From positions 1 through 64,000 of the forward strand of contig CAVYAN010000031.1 of assembly GCA_963766075.1 (NCBI GenBank): a stretch of DNA of 64,000 bases, written 5' to 3'. Positions 11,909 to 23,312 of this stretch are shown piece after piece. The first letter of the stretch is position 1. Every line of letters begins with the position of its first letter. The DNA comes from an uncultured cyanobacterium. Lineage in GTDB: Bacteria; Cyanobacteriota; Cyanobacteriia; Leptolyngbyales; Leptolyngbyaceae. Both the position numbers and the translations under genes were made by a program. A model generated the notes under the pieces. That model searched no databases. It was not told the origin of the DNA and saw only the letters and a list, made by a program, of their open reading frames with translations.

Positions 11909-13072
11909 GTGGACATTCAAATTGGTAAGGGCAAGACCGCCCGCAGAGCATACGGCATAGACGAGATCGCACTCGTTCCAGGACCAAGAACCCTCGATCC
12001 ATCCTTGGCCGATACGCGCTGGACCCTCGGTGGGATCGAGCGCGAGATCCCCATCATCGCCAGTGCCATGGATGGTGTGGTGGATGTCGGCATGGCCGTA
12101 CGATTATCGCAATTGGGTGCATTGGGGGTGTTGAATCTAGAAGGTATTCAAACCCGCTATGACGATCCCAATCCCATCCTCGATCGCATTGCCGCTGTTG
12201 GCAAAGACGAGTTCGTGCCCCTCATGCAGGAACTTTACGCCACCCCGATTAAACCCGAATTGATTCAGCAGCGCGTTCAAGAAATTAAGCAGCACGGGGG
12301 AATTGCCGCCGTTAGCGCCACCCCCGTTGGAGCCCTGCGGTTTGGCAAAGTCGTTGCCGAAGCTGGAGCCGATCTATTTTTTGTCCAAGCCACCGTCGTC
12401 TCTACCGCACACCTCTCGCCCGAGTCTGTCACACCCCTGGATTTGGCAGAATTTTGTCGAGACATGCCGATTCCAGTAATTTTGGGCAATTGTGTCACCT
12501 ATGAGGTCACCCTCAACTTGCTCAAGGCCGGAGCCGCTGGAATTATGGTCGGGATTGGTCCAGGGGCCGCCTGTACCTCGCGGGGGGTGTTAGGTGTCGG
12601 CGTGCCCCAAGCAACAGCGATCGCCGACTGCGCAGCCGCCCGCGATGACTACCATCGCGAAACGGGCCAGTATGTGCCAATTGTGGCGGACGGCGGCCTA
12701 ATCACTGGAGGCGACATCTGCAAATGCATTGCTTGCGGAGCCGATGCCGTCATGATTGGTTCTCCCTTTGCCCGGGCACAGGAAGCGCCGGGACGCGGCT
12801 TCCACTGGGGCATGGCAACCCCGAGTCCGGTGCTGCCCCGAGGCACCCGTATTCGCGTTGGTACGACAGGTACCCTAGAACAAATTCTGCGCGGACCGGC
12901 TCAACTCGACGATGGCACCCATAACTTCCTAGGGGCTTTGCAAACCAGCATGGGCACTCTGGGGGCCAAAAATCTCAAGGAAATGCAACAAGTCGATGTG
13001 ATTATCGCCCCGTCGTTGCTGACGGAGGGCAAGGTGTATCAAAAAGCACAACAGCTAGGGATGGGCAAATAA
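11909..13072 (+). CDS. guaB: IMP dehydrogenase family protein (GuaB3 type)
   Basis: [32 protein letters not shown]. Confidence 0.9.
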   Translation: MDIQIGKGKTARRAYGIDEIALVPGPRTLDPSLADTRWTLGGIEREIPIIASAMDGVVDVGMAVRLSQLGALGVLNLEGIQTRYDDPNPILDRIAAVGKDEFVPLMQELYATPIKPELIQQRVQEIKQHGGIAAVSATPVGALRFGKVVAEAGADLFFVQATVVSTAHLSPESVTPLDLAEFCRDMPIPVILGNCVTYEVTLNLLKAGAAGIMVGIGPGAACTSRGVLGVGVPQATAIADCAAARDDYHRETGQYVPIVADGGLITGGDICKCIACGADAVMIGSPFARAQEAPGRGFHWGMATPSPVLPRGTRIRVGTTGTLEQILRGPAQLDDGTHNFLGALQTSMGTLGAKNLKEMQQVDVIIAPSLLTEGKVYQKAQQLGMGK

Positions 13073-13204
13073 CGTGACGGCTATAGCCTTCGGATAGCCG
13101 CCCTGGCGGCAGCGAAATGTTTCATCATTTGTAATGAATTCCTTAAGTCTTTTTTTGAGTTATCAAGAAAGACTAAAAAACCCGGAACCGTCTACTAGAA
13201 TAAA

Positions 13205-13280
13205 GTGAGCGGAGACGAATGTTTCCGTTCACTCCTCACACCACACTCCGCCTGGACGTTCGTTCGGGCGGTTCCTTTTT
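13205..13280 (+). ncRNA. yfr1: Yfr1 small RNA
   Basis: ACTCCTCACAC motif at 13231-13241 between two hairpins, followed by a T-run; canonical guaB-trxA location. Confidence 0.9.
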
Positions 13281-13413
13281 AAGGAGTGTTTTTAAGGAGT
13301 GTTTTGCTCCGTTTTTGCGATCCCCTTAACCTTGTTTCCACATTTCCCTTACTGGCGGATGGTTTTTCCTGTGGTAAAATCTTGGGATGCAGTTATAGGC
13401 AAGGATTCCAAGC

Positions 13414-13737
13414 ATGTCAGCAGCAGCGCCTGTCACAGATTCCACGTTTAAACAGGAAGTTCTCGATAGCGAGGTTCCTGTCCTAGTCGATTTTTGGGCA
13501 CCGTGGTGCGGTCCCTGTCGAATGGTTGCCCCCATCGTGGATGAAATCGCCGCCCAATATGATGGGAAGGTGAAAGTTGTTAAAGTTAATACCGATGACA
13601 ATCCCACTGTGGCCAGTCAGTATGGGATTCGCAGTATCCCCACCCTGATGATCTTCAAGGGTGGTCAACGGGTAGATATGGTGGTTGGAGCAGTCCCCAA
13701 AACCACCCTTTCCACCACTCTAGAAAAGTACCTCTAA
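13414..13737 (+). CDS. trxA: Thioredoxin (m-type)
   Basis: WAPWCGPC. Confidence 0.97.
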   Translation: MSAAAPVTDSTFKQEVLDSEVPVLVDFWAPWCGPCRMVAPIVDEIAAQYDGKVKVVKVNTDDNPTVASQYGIRSIPTLMIFKGGQRVDMVVGAVPKTTLSTTLEKYL

Positions 13738-13928
13738 AGGCCCGCCATTCTGGGACTTTATTTTCTGAGACGCCCTGTGTTCTTTTGCTTAGGGCCTTCG
13801 GGTTTGTGAAAACGCCTCAGCGATGGCATCGCTGGGGCGTTTTACTTGTTTTGCTGAAGGTGAAACCGGGTACGTGCGGAGTTCACGAATCCCGATACAA
13901 TAGAATGCTGGCAGTTCGGAGGCGTTCA

Positions 13929-14996
13929 ATGGCCCTATCTTCTTCGTCCAATGCAGGTGATTCGTTACGGACCGATCTGCTGGATCTACTCGATCGATTA
14001 CCCAATACTAAAAATGGCGAACTGATCCAGAACGCCCTTGCCACAGTCATGCGAATGGCCGAAGGGCAAATCGATCGCCTTGACTGGAAGATTTGTAATG
14101 CCGCTCTGCGGGACATGGAGGTCGCCTGCCGGGCCTTTTACCCCTATCGTCATGTCCGCAAAATTTCTATCTTTGGCTCTGCCCGCACCTCACCCGATAT
14201 TGCTGAATACCACATGGCCCGGGAATTTGCTAAACGCATTGCCGACCAGGGGTTTATGGTCATGACCGGTGCCGGTGGCGGCATTATGCAGGCGGGCAAC
14301 GAAGGCGCAGGCCGGGAGCAGTCCTTTGGGTTGAATATTCAGTTGCCGTTTGAACAGGGATCGAACCCGTTTATTGAAGGAGATCCCAAGCTGATTTCCT
14401 TCAAGTATTTCTTCACTCGCAAGGTATTCTTCCTGAAGGAGTGCGATGCGGCGGTGTCGTTTCCGGGGGGCTTTGGCACCCAGGACGAAGCCTTTGAGTG
14501 CTTGACGCTCTGCCAAACAGGCAAATCCTCGCCAATTCCTTTGGTCCTAGTCGATAAGCCGGGGGGAGATTACTGGCACGAGTGGGATGCCTATATCCAC
14601 CGACAACTGCTGCGACGGGGATTGATTAGTGCCGAAGACCCGAGCATTTACACCATTACCGATCGCATTGATGTCGCCTGCGAGGCGATCGCCCAGTTCT
14701 ATACCGTTTTCCATTCTTCTCGGTATGTGGGCGAAGATCTGGTCATGCGCCTCAACTCGAAACTTCCCGAAACCGGGATTGAATTTCTGAATAAAAACTT
14801 TAGCGATATCTTAATTAGAGGCCAGATTCAGCAGACTCAATCGCCTGTGCCCGGTTATCCGGAGATCCCCGCAGGTGCCACGCACTTGGTGCTCACCTTT
14901 AACCAACGGGACCTGGGTCGTCTCTACCAGCTTATTGCTGCCGTCAATCGAATGGGCATTGAGCAGGAATCGATCCATCATCCTGAGCGGAAATAG
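13929..14996 (+). CDS. LOG-family (TIGR00730-like) nucleotide-binding protein
   Basis: IFGSAR, TGAGGGIM, LPFEQ, FKYFFTRK, PGGFGTQDE. Confidence 0.85.
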   Translation: MALSSSSNAGDSLRTDLLDLLDRLPNTKNGELIQNALATVMRMAEGQIDRLDWKICNAALRDMEVACRAFYPYRHVRKISIFGSARTSPDIAEYHMAREFAKRIADQGFMVMTGAGGGIMQAGNEGAGREQSFGLNIQLPFEQGSNPFIEGDPKLISFKYFFTRKVFFLKECDAAVSFPGGFGTQDEAFECLTLCQTGKSSPIPLVLVDKPGGDYWHEWDAYIHRQLLRRGLISAEDPSIYTITDRIDVACEAIAQFYTVFHSSRYVGEDLVMRLNSKLPETGIEFLNKNFSDILIRGQIQQTQSPVPGYPEIPAGATHLVLTFNQRDLGRLYQLIAAVNRMGIEQESIHHPERK

Positions 14997-15118
14997 GCCA
15001 GACTCAGGCCCCTTAGGCTCCAAGAGATCTCTCGGAGCCACAATAAGCCAGGATGGGCAATGCCCATTCTCCAGCCCAAGTCACCCAAAACTTCATCGGC
15101 TCGAACTGAGCAGATCGT

Positions 15119-15376
15119 CTAGTAACCGCTACGCCAGTCCCTTTCCGGCTCGGGCATGGGTGTTTCAAAATTTGTGGGGTCGTTGAGATAGCGAATAATT
15201 TCTTCCTCTAAACGATGGACCAAATAGGGTTCCAAACCGTTGGAATGTTTCAGGGAGGCAAGATAACCCTCGATATAAAGTCGCAGGTCATCGTAGCGGT
15301 AGCCTCGGTTCCAAAGCTCTACCAGAGCATCCGATAGCTTTTGGTAGTAACGAATGGTTAAAGCGTCCTGGAGCAT
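15119..15376 (-). CDS. Conserved small cyanobacterial protein (DUF6761-like)
   Basis: MLQDALTIRYYQKLSDALVELWNRGYR; divergent from nrrA. Confidence 0.7.
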   Translation of the reverse strand: MLQDALTIRYYQKLSDALVELWNRGYRYDDLRLYIEGYLASLKHSNGLEPYLVHRLEEEIIRYLNDPTNFETPMPEPERDWRSGY

Positions 15377-15734
15377 AAAGTGGGGGATGGAGTTAACAGG
15401 ATCGAATGTGAACTGATCTTACCCAATGGCGGAGTCAAGGACGACAGTAGCCAGAGAATAATTGCAATTACATTTATATTGTAACTTTAATGAATGAATT
15501 TCTCGATGAATGACATATCCGTTACAGGATTGAGTCATTCCGTAAGATTTGGGGGAAGGATTTGGGGGAGCATAGTCGAGAATTCCTTTGAAGTATAGCG
15601 GCAGATGGTGTTCGATAGTTTATTTGTTCTATTTAAATCCTGGGGGACACCTCAGTAGTATTGCGGAAGTATTGCGGAGTGTTGCCTCACCATTCATAAA
15701 TCTCGCAGCGTCTGAAACCTCGGTTTTACCTGAG

Positions 15735-15777
15735 GTAGCGGTGATTACAAACCTGTACTAGTGCGGTCTGTTAAGGT
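15735..15777 (+). promoter_or_regulatory. NtcA-activated promoter: GTA-N8-TAC box plus TAN3T -10 element
   Basis: GTAGCGGTGATTAC at 15735-15748; TAAGGT 23 nt downstream. Confidence 0.8.
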
Positions 15778-15810
15778 TGATTTCGCAAACTCTGAAAGAT
15801 GAATGCCTTC

Positions 15811-16557
15811 GTGGGATCCTCCTGTATCCAAATCATCGAGAATAATCCGCATTTGCGATCGCTGCTCGGCTGGCATTTGCAACAGGCAGGCTATTGGGTG
15901 TGTCAATCCGCTGATCTGCATCAGGCCCGCGAGGTTTTTCACCATCGGCAACCGACTTTAGTGATTCTCGACGCAGAACTGCCCGACGGCGATGGCATTG
16001 AGTTTTGCCGTTGGCTGCAACAACAGCAGCAGTCCCTCATTCTGATGCTATCGGCCCGCACTACCGAAACAGATATTGTCACAGGACTGCGGGCAGGCGC
16101 GGATGATTACTTGACTAAGCCCTTTGGCATGCAAGAGTTTTTGGCGCGGGTAGAGGCACTGATTCGCCGCAGTCGCTCGTCGGCCTCCCTGGCTTCGCTG
16201 GATTATGGTGACTTAAAAATTGATCTGGTGCATCGCCGCGTGCGGTTTAAGGAAGACTTGATTGACCTGACGCCTCAAGAGTTTAGCCTGTTGTATGTCT
16301 TGGCCCAGGTGGGCGGTATTCCCCTCAGTCGGTCGGAACTCCTACGGCGCGCTTGGCCTGATGCCATCGATAATCCTCGTACGGTAGATACCCATGTGCT
16401 GTCTCTGCGCAAAAAAGTAGAAACCGATCCCCGGCAGCCCAGCTTAATCCAGACGGTGCGTAATGTTGGCTATCGGTTTAATGTGGAGCTATTAGTGCCG
16501 CCGGAGAAGCTCAAAAATGCGGCTGGAAACACGCGGAAGCCTTTGGTGCGGGGCTAG
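15811..16557 (+). CDS. nrrA: OmpR-family nitrogen-regulated response regulator NrrA/Rre37
   Basis: GSSCIQIIENNPHLRSLLGWHLQQ N-terminus, receiver + wHTH, upstream NtcA box. Confidence 0.8.
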   Translation: MGSSCIQIIENNPHLRSLLGWHLQQAGYWVCQSADLHQAREVFHHRQPTLVILDAELPDGDGIEFCRWLQQQQQSLILMLSARTTETDIVTGLRAGADDYLTKPFGMQEFLARVEALIRRSRSSASLASLDYGDLKIDLVHRRVRFKEDLIDLTPQEFSLLYVLAQVGGIPLSRSELLRRAWPDAIDNPRTVDTHVLSLRKKVETDPRQPSLIQTVRNVGYRFNVELLVPPEKLKNAAGNTRKPLVRG

Positions 16558-16616
16558 TAAGTCCCGACAATCGACTGTGCCGATTAGAATAAACTCAAGA
16601 AGCAGCTAGGGTTGCC

Positions 16617-18330
16617 ATGCGTTCACTGGGTTTGTCACGGCTTGTTATTTTAATCGCCGGCCTTGCGGTCATCCTGGGTATGGTGATCTGGCTGATTGAT
16701 GCCCTATCGCGGCTCTATTGGCAGTTGGCGTACTACCCGTTGCTGTCGCAGGTGTTGCTGCTGCTGATTATTGGCCTGCTGGCCGTGCTGATTTGGGCCT
16801 TTGTGTATTATCTGTTTTGGTTGCCCCGCCAACAGGCCCAAAAGCGCCAGCAGCGTCGCACATCCCCAAAAGTGCCTGTGGAGAAAACCGCGGCGGCGGA
16901 AGAAACCATCAAAGCCGTGCGGCAGCAGGTTTCCCAGATTCAAGATGAAGTGATGCGGCAGGAGTTGCTGGCGCGATCGCGGGAGATCGAGCAAAGCCTC
17001 TCTCGTGGGGAGATCCAAGTCGTGATCTTTGGCACGGGGTCCGCCGGTAAAACCTCGATTGTCAATGCGTTAATGGGGCGAATGGTGGGCAAGGTGGGTG
17101 CGCCGATGGGGACTACGGAGGTCGGTGAAACCTATGCCCTGGAATTGAAGGGGGTCAATCGGGAGATTCTGCTGATTGATACGCCGGGAATTTTAGAAGC
17201 TGGGATTGCGGGCACCGAGCGGGAACAGACGGCCCGTAGACTGGCGGCGGAAGCCGATTTTTTGGTGTTTGTTCTGGATAATGATCTTCGCCAGTCTGAG
17301 TATGACCCGTTGCATATGCTGGCGGAAATTGGCAAGCGCTCAGTCATTATTTTGAACAAGAGCGATCGCTTCACGGATGACGACCGCGAGAGCATTCTGG
17401 CACGCCTGCGATCGCGAGTGCGTGGTCTAGTGCCGCCCAGCGATGTCATTGCCGTATGTGCCAATCCCCAAGTCGTGCGCCTGGAAACCGGAGAAGTCTT
17501 TCAGCCCGATCCGGATATTTATGCCCCTGATTCGGCGGATGGCGGCAATTTTGCGGGCCGAAGGCGAAGACCTGATTGCCGATAATATTTTGTTGCAGTC
17601 GCAGCAGTTGGGCGAAAAAGCCCGCCAGCTCATCGACGGCCAGCGGCGGCGGCAGGCCGAAAAGATTGTCGATTGCTTTGAATGGATCGGGGCCGGCGTC
17701 ATCGCCGTCACCCCCTTGCCCGTGGTGGACCTATTAGCCACCGCCGCTGTGAATGCTCAAATGGTGGTCGAAATTGGGCGGGTCTATGGCTGTGACATCA
17801 ATATGGAGCGCGGTCGAGAACTGGCCTTGTCCCTGGGCAAAACCTTGGCTAGTCTGGGAGTGGTCAAAGGGGCGGTAACCCTTATGACTACGGCCTTGCA
17901 GTTGAGCGTGGGTGGCATGCTTGTGGGACGAGCAATCCAAGGGGTGAGTGCAGCTTACCTCACTCGAATTGCAGGCAGGAGTTTTATTGAGTATTTTCGC
18001 CATGACCAGGATTGGGGTGATGGCGGCATCACCGAGGTGGTACAGCGCCAATTTCAATTAAATCGGCGGGATGAGTTTGTTAAGTCCTTTGTCCAGGATG
18101 CAATTACCAAGGTGGTGAAGCCATTGCGTTTGGATGAAGTGCTACCCGATCCCTTAGATGCCCCCGAAGAAGACCTGCTGCTGGAGGATGAGCGGCGAGA
18201 AATGCCCGTGGTCTTGGCCCGTCCGCGCCTGGAAGTGCAGCCTCGGCGGCAAGCCGTTTCTATTGAGGCGCACTTGGAACCGGATGATTGGGAACGGAAA
18301 TCCCTGGAAGCGGGGGATGATTGGGAATAG
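16617..18330 (+). CDS. Membrane-anchored GTP-binding protein with YcjF/DUF697 domain; frameshift near 17520
   Basis: GTGSAGKTS, DTPG, NKSD in first frame; PLPVVDLLA domain in second frame. Confidence 0.8.
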
Positions 18331-18535
18331 CCTTTCACCATTCAATTGCAATCCGCTTTTTTCAAGCTGCCTTTCAATCTCCCCTGTCCTAGCCGCCTCC
18401 TGTCCCGTAAGATGATCCATGGATGATTCAGTTCATGATCAATAGGAAAACCCTGTCGATGATGAACTGAATCATGCAAATTCTCTAATACAAAATCCTC
18501 CAGCACAGTGGCGCGAAGCGCTATTCCAACCCCAA

Positions 18536-18925
18536 ATGTCTCGCAAGATTATCAACACGGATCACGCGCCCGCACCTGTGGGCCCCTATAACCAAGCGAT
18601 CGCCGCCGGACAACTGCTCTTCGTCTCGGGGCAAATTGCCCTGGATCCTGCCACGGGCAACATCGTGGGACAGGGCAATGTCGAGCAGCAAACCCAGCAG
18701 GTGCTGGCCAACCTGAAAGCCGTTCTGGCAGCCGGAGGAGCCACCCTAAACGATGTGGTAAAAACCACGGTTTTTCTCGCCGACATGAACGATTTTGCTG
18801 TAGTGAATGGCATTTATGCGCAGCACTTTGGCGACGATAACGCCCCGGCCCGCGCCTGCGTAGAAGTTGCCCGTTTGCCCAAAGACGTGCGGGTCGAGAT
18901 TGACTGCATTGCCGTAATTGCTTAA
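18536..18925 (+). CDS. ridA: RidA/YjgF enamine deaminase
   Basis: APAPVGPYNQAI, VSGQI, PARACV, LPKDVRVEIDCIA. Confidence 0.9.
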   Translation: MSRKIINTDHAPAPVGPYNQAIAAGQLLFVSGQIALDPATGNIVGQGNVEQQTQQVLANLKAVLAAGGATLNDVVKTTVFLADMNDFAVVNGIYAQHFGDDNAPARACVEVARLPKDVRVEIDCIAVIA

Positions 18926-18944
18926 GCCGAAGGCATTTTTAGAC

Positions 18945-19850
18945 ATGAGTACTGCTATGTTGCCCCCGTTTTTGGTGCTGGATCGCCAACTCCAGGACTG
19001 GCTTTTGGAAGACATTGGCCGGGGCGATCGCACCGCCCAAAGCCTCTTTCCCCCCGATGCCCTGTCCTCGGGGATCCCCACCAATGACGCGGTTTGGGTG
19101 GCCAAAGCCGAAGGTGTGGTGGCTGGATTACCTCTAGCGGCTCGGGTCTTTCACCTTCTGGACGCAGCCGTTCGCTTCCAAAGTCTCGTGGGGGAGGGGG
19201 AGGTGTGTCATCCGGGACAGGCGATCGCGGAGCTCCATGGCCCCTTTAACGCGTTGCTCACCGGTGAGCGAGTCGCCTTGAACCTAGCCATGCGATTGAG
19301 CGGCATTGCCACGGCAACGCGCCAGTATGTCGAGAAAATTGCCGATTTTCAGGCCCAACTGGTCGATACGCGCAAAACCACTCCCGGACTCCGGTTGTTG
19401 GAAAAATATGCCTCCCAAGTCGGAGGAGCGGTGAATCACCGCATGGGCCTGGATGATGCCGTAATGATTAAGGACAATCACATTGCCGCCGCCGGGGGAA
19501 TTGGCGCAGCGATCGCCCAAGTGCGGGCCCAGATCCCTTATCCCCTCACGATTGAAGTCGAAACGGAAAATCTGGACCAGGTCACCCAAGCGCTGCAATC
19601 CGGGGCCGACATTATCATGCTGGACAATATGCCCGTAACGCTGATGGTGCAGGCAGTGCAGCAGATTCGACAGGCCAATGGGCACACCAAAATTGAAGCC
19701 TCGGGTAACGTTACCCTAGACACAATTCGAGCAATTGCCGCTACTGGCGTGGATTACATTTCTAGCAGCGCCCCGATTACGCGATCGCCCTGGCTAGATC
19801 TGAGTATGCGCATCACTTCCGCTGATCCCGCCAGAGGGTTGCAGGCGTAG
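18945..19850 (+). CDS. nadC: Nicotinate-nucleotide pyrophosphorylase (carboxylating)
   Basis: GERVALN, DTRKTTPGLR, HRMGLDD, IKDNH, IEVE, IMLDN. Confidence 0.95.
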   Translation: MSTAMLPPFLVLDRQLQDWLLEDIGRGDRTAQSLFPPDALSSGIPTNDAVWVAKAEGVVAGLPLAARVFHLLDAAVRFQSLVGEGEVCHPGQAIAELHGPFNALLTGERVALNLAMRLSGIATATRQYVEKIADFQAQLVDTRKTTPGLRLLEKYASQVGGAVNHRMGLDDAVMIKDNHIAAAGGIGAAIAQVRAQIPYPLTIEVETENLDQVTQALQSGADIIMLDNMPVTLMVQAVQQIRQANGHTKIEASGNVTLDTIRAIAATGVDYISSSAPITRSPWLDLSMRITSADPARGLQA

Positions 19851-19870
19851 CCATTATTTAGAAATAGCCA

Positions 19871-20641
19871 TTATTTAGAGATAAAGTGAACCCAGAAGCT
19901 GCCATCGGGAATGCAGAGGCGGGTAATCATGTCATAGGAATAGTTAACCCCATCACCGCTCAGGTCGGTACGATAGCCCGTGGGAGTCCATTGTCCGTAG
20001 GGATCATTGACAATGAAACCGTTGGCATCGTAGCCGCGCAGCACCACAATGTGGCCAAAGCTAGTGAAGTACCCATGGATAACAATCGGCTTGCCATCGG
20101 CTAACCAGGACTTCACATCGGCGATCGTGGCATCTTGCCGAAAGTTATCCCGGCGACCGTAGGCGGCGACAATGCGGGCCAAATCATTCGGATCATGCCG
20201 ACTGAGGCCGTTATCCGTTGCATAACGATACAGTTCATCCTCAAACTGCCCAGAAGATTCTTTGCGGGCTGTACCGAGGAATTCTAGAGCCATGGCCAAG
20301 GAGGTCACATTGCAGGAACCCGTCGGATTTTCTTCATTGTCGAGTTGAGAATGGTAAGGAATTTTCAGGTCTACGGTGGCGGGCAAGGATTTTGGCCAGA
20401 CCTGTTTGCCATCTTGGAACACCTGAACACTTTCCCCAAAGGCGTACCAGGTATTGAAGCCCTTGAACTTTTCCTGGGCAAAGGCAACTCGAACATGGTC
20501 CCGTTCCTGCGCCCAAGAGGTGATGGGATACTCTTTGTTGGCAGGCAGGGGTTGCTTTTGGTCGTCGGGGAGTTGAGCACCGGGTAGAGGGCGGCGCTTG
20601 AGGTTCATTTCAGTTCGGGTCTTAAGTACGAAGGTCGGCAT
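19871..20641 (-). CDS. Peptidase C39-like family protein
   Basis: YHSQLDN...GSCNVTSLAM, FGHIVVLRGY, NDPYG. Confidence 0.8.
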   Translation of the reverse strand: MPTFVLKTRTEMNLKRRPLPGAQLPDDQKQPLPANKEYPITSWAQERDHVRVAFAQEKFKGFNTWYAFGESVQVFQDGKQVWPKSLPATVDLKIPYHSQLDNEENPTGSCNVTSLAMALEFLGTARKESSGQFEDELYRYATDNGLSRHDPNDLARIVAAYGRRDNFRQDATIADVKSWLADGKPIVIHGYFTSFGHIVVLRGYDANGFIVNDPYGQWTPTGYRTDLSGDGVNYSYDMITRLCIPDGSFWVHFISK

Positions 20642-20934
20642 AGGTAAGATCCTTGTGTGGCATCAAGGTGACGGGGGTAACGACACGGAATTTGGGTGAA
20701 ACGGAAGCAATATTTCCGCGTTTGGCTTTAGTATTCCCCATGGTAGAGGCGAATTTTGCAATCTGCATAGAGATTCATGCAGCAGCTTCACGGAGTAATA
20801 GGCAGGTTCCGGAAAGGCAACCCTGCCCAGGAGAAACCGAGCTTGGTAAAGTAGATAGGCGCAATCCCTGGGGCAACTGCCTGTGTCCTTAGGCGGTGGC
20901 GTTATCGTTTACATCGTTATACTTGGTTGCCCCT

Positions 20935-22687
20935 ATGGAATCCACGATCGCCCTACTGAAAATCCGGCTACAGGAGGCTCTCTCCGAGGCTTTTGGCGCA
21001 GCCTATGCCGAAACGGACCCGATTTTGGTGCCCGCGAGCAATCCCAAATTTGGCGATTATCAGGCCAATGTGGCCATGTCCTTGACCAAGCAAGTGGGTC
21101 AGCCGCCGCGGGCGATCGCCGCCGCGATTGTGCAAGTGCTGGATGTTGCCGATTTGTGTGAGGCTCCGGAAATTGCGGGGCCAGGATTCATTAATCTGAA
21201 GTTTCGGGCGGACTATTTAGCCGCGCAGTTGCAGGTAATTCAGGCCAGTCCCCGGTTGGGCATTGTCCCCGTTGCCGCACCGCAGCGGGTGATTGTGGAT
21301 TTTTCCAGCCCCAATATTGCCAAGGAAATGCATGTGGGGCATTTGCGATCGACGATTATTGGCGACTGCATTGCCCGGATTTTGGAATTTCAGGGGCATG
21401 ATGTCCTCCGGTTGAACCATGTGGGCGACTGGGGCACCCAGTTTGGCATGTTGATCACCTATCTGCGCGAAGTAGCTCCAGCAGCGCTCACAACTGCAAA
21501 TGCGATTGATCTGGGCGATTTGGTGGCGTTTTATAAAAAAGCGAAGCAGCGGTTTGATGAGGATGTCGCGTTTCAGGAGCGATCGCGTCAGGAAGTGGTC
21601 CAACTCCAGTCTGGAGCGCCTGACACCCGCCGCGCTTGGCAACTACTGTGCGATCAATCGCGAAAAGAATTCCAGGTGATCTACGACCTCCTGGACATTC
21701 AGATTACGGAGCGGGGTGAGTCGTTTTACAATCCACTGTTGGCGGACGTCGTGGCTGATTTGGATGCCGTTGGACTCCTGGTGGAGGATGACGGGGCGCA
21801 GTGTGTATTTCTGGATGGCTTTAGCAACAAAGAAGGCAAACCCCTCCCGTTAATTGTGCAAAAGTCCGATGGCGGCTACAACTATGCCACCACGGATCTG
21901 GCCGCGCTGCGGTATCGTCTGGAGCAGGATCGGGCCAACCGCGTGGTGTATGTGACCGATGCAGGGCAGGCCAATCACTTTGCCCAGGTGTTTCAAGTGG
22001 CCCGACGGGCGGGCTGGATTCCGGATACGGTGGAGGTGGTGCATGTGCCCTTTGGTTTGGTCCAGGGCGAAGATGGCAAGCGGCTAAAGACGCGAATCGG
22101 GTGAGACAGTGCGCCTGCGGGATTTGTTGGATGAGTCGGCGGTGCGCTTCCGCCAACTGCTGGAGGATCGGCTCCAAGCCGAAGAGCGGACAGAGGCGGA
22201 GGCTTTTATTGCGGATGTGTCTCAGGCGGTGGGTTTGAGTGCGATCAAGTATGCGGACCTCAGCCAAAATCGCACCAGTAATTATATTTTCAGCTACGAT
22301 AAAATGCTGGCGGATAAGGGCAATACCGCGCCCTACATGCTCTATGCCTATGCACGGGTGCAGAGCATTAGCCGCAAGGGAGGCATTGATTTTTCCCAAC
22401 TGGATGCACCAATGCAGCTTTCAGAAGAGTCGGAGTGGGCGCTGGCCAAGCATATTTTGCAGCTGGATGGGGCGATCGCCCAAGTCAGTCAAGACTTGCT
22501 GCCCAATCGCCTGTGTCAGTACTTGTTTGAACTCAGCCAAAAATTCAGTAGCTTCTACGACTCTTGCCCTGTGCTCAAAGCCGAAGAACCGAGCCGTACT
22601 TCACGGCTGATGCTTTCAGACCTCACAGCCCGCACTTTAAAGCTCGGGCTGTCTCTGTTGGGCATTCCTGTACTGGAGCGGATGTGA
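20935..22687 (+). CDS. argS: Arginine--tRNA ligase; +1 frameshift near 22095 (probable sequence error)
   Basis: [31 protein letters not shown]; continues KTRSGE..., [13 protein letters not shown] in the next frame. Confidence 0.95.
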
Positions 22688-22699
22688 GGCAAGATTGTC

Positions 22700-22897
22700 T
22701 TAGCGTCCGAGTTTTTCTCGCAGGGCATGCCGTAGGATCGCCACGTTTTCGGGAGTGTTGGGACAGGGATATTCAGTTCTGGAGCCTTGGACTTTGCGGC
22801 GATCGACCAGTGCATGAAAAGCCGAGGTGTCTTCACGGTGGCTCAGGACATAGATGCGAAGCTCTTCGAGAGACATCGTTTCAAAGGGTGGGTTCAT
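22700..22897 (-). CDS. Small protein, DUF6887-like
   Basis: MNPPFETMSLEELRIYVLSHRED; start overlaps the stop of the upstream gene (ATGA). Confidence 0.65.
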   Translation of the reverse strand: MNPPFETMSLEELRIYVLSHREDTSAFHALVDRRKVQGSRTEYPCPNTPENVAILRHALREKLGR

Positions 22898-23070
22898 TTT
22901 GAAAACTCCCAGTTGCCATCGAGTGCAATTTCAATTTGAATTTCTTCACCAGCGAGTATCACCAAATTATGGGTGCGTCCGTCCATCATAACCAGGTCAA
23001 TCGGAATGTAAAAGCCGGTGAGCTGCTGGCATAATTCTGTGCAGGCAACGCATTGAGCAACGGTCAGCAA
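22894..23070 (-). CDS. Small protein, DUF6888-like (58 aa, below the ORF-track cutoff)
   Basis: Manual translation from TTG: LLTVAQCVACTELCQQLTGFYIPIDLVMMDGRTHNLVILAGEEIQIEIALDGNWEFSK. Confidence 0.6.
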   Translation of the reverse strand: MLTVAQCVACTELCQQLTGFYIPIDLVMMDGRTHNLVILAGEEIQIEIALDGNWEFSK

Positions 23071-23241
23071 ATCCTAACTCCTGATCATGATTTCTAACGG
23101 TACGAGTCTAACTGAACTACGCTCTGCGCTCAAACCCGAAGAACCAAACCACGTCTCACGGCTGATGCTCTCGGAGCAAAAATCTTATGCTGCGATCTTT
23201 ATTTTGCGATCTATGGCCCGCCTAAATCAGTCGAAAATGCA

Positions 23242-23274
23242 AGATCCCCGGCTTCTTTAAGAAGCCGGGGATCT
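23242..23274. terminator. Perfect 16-bp hairpin, probable terminator or palindromic repeat
   Basis: AGATCCCCGGCTTCTT-T-AAGAAGCCGGGGATCT downstream of the sphR-like gene. Confidence 0.7.
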
Positions 23275-23312
23275 GAATCGCTCGTGTTTGCAAATCGACT
23301 TGGATTGCTCTA

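Noticed and set aside
20935..22687. argS as a pseudogene or programmed frameshift
   Set aside because: Essential gene, both halves well conserved, no slippery sequence; a sequence error is more likely
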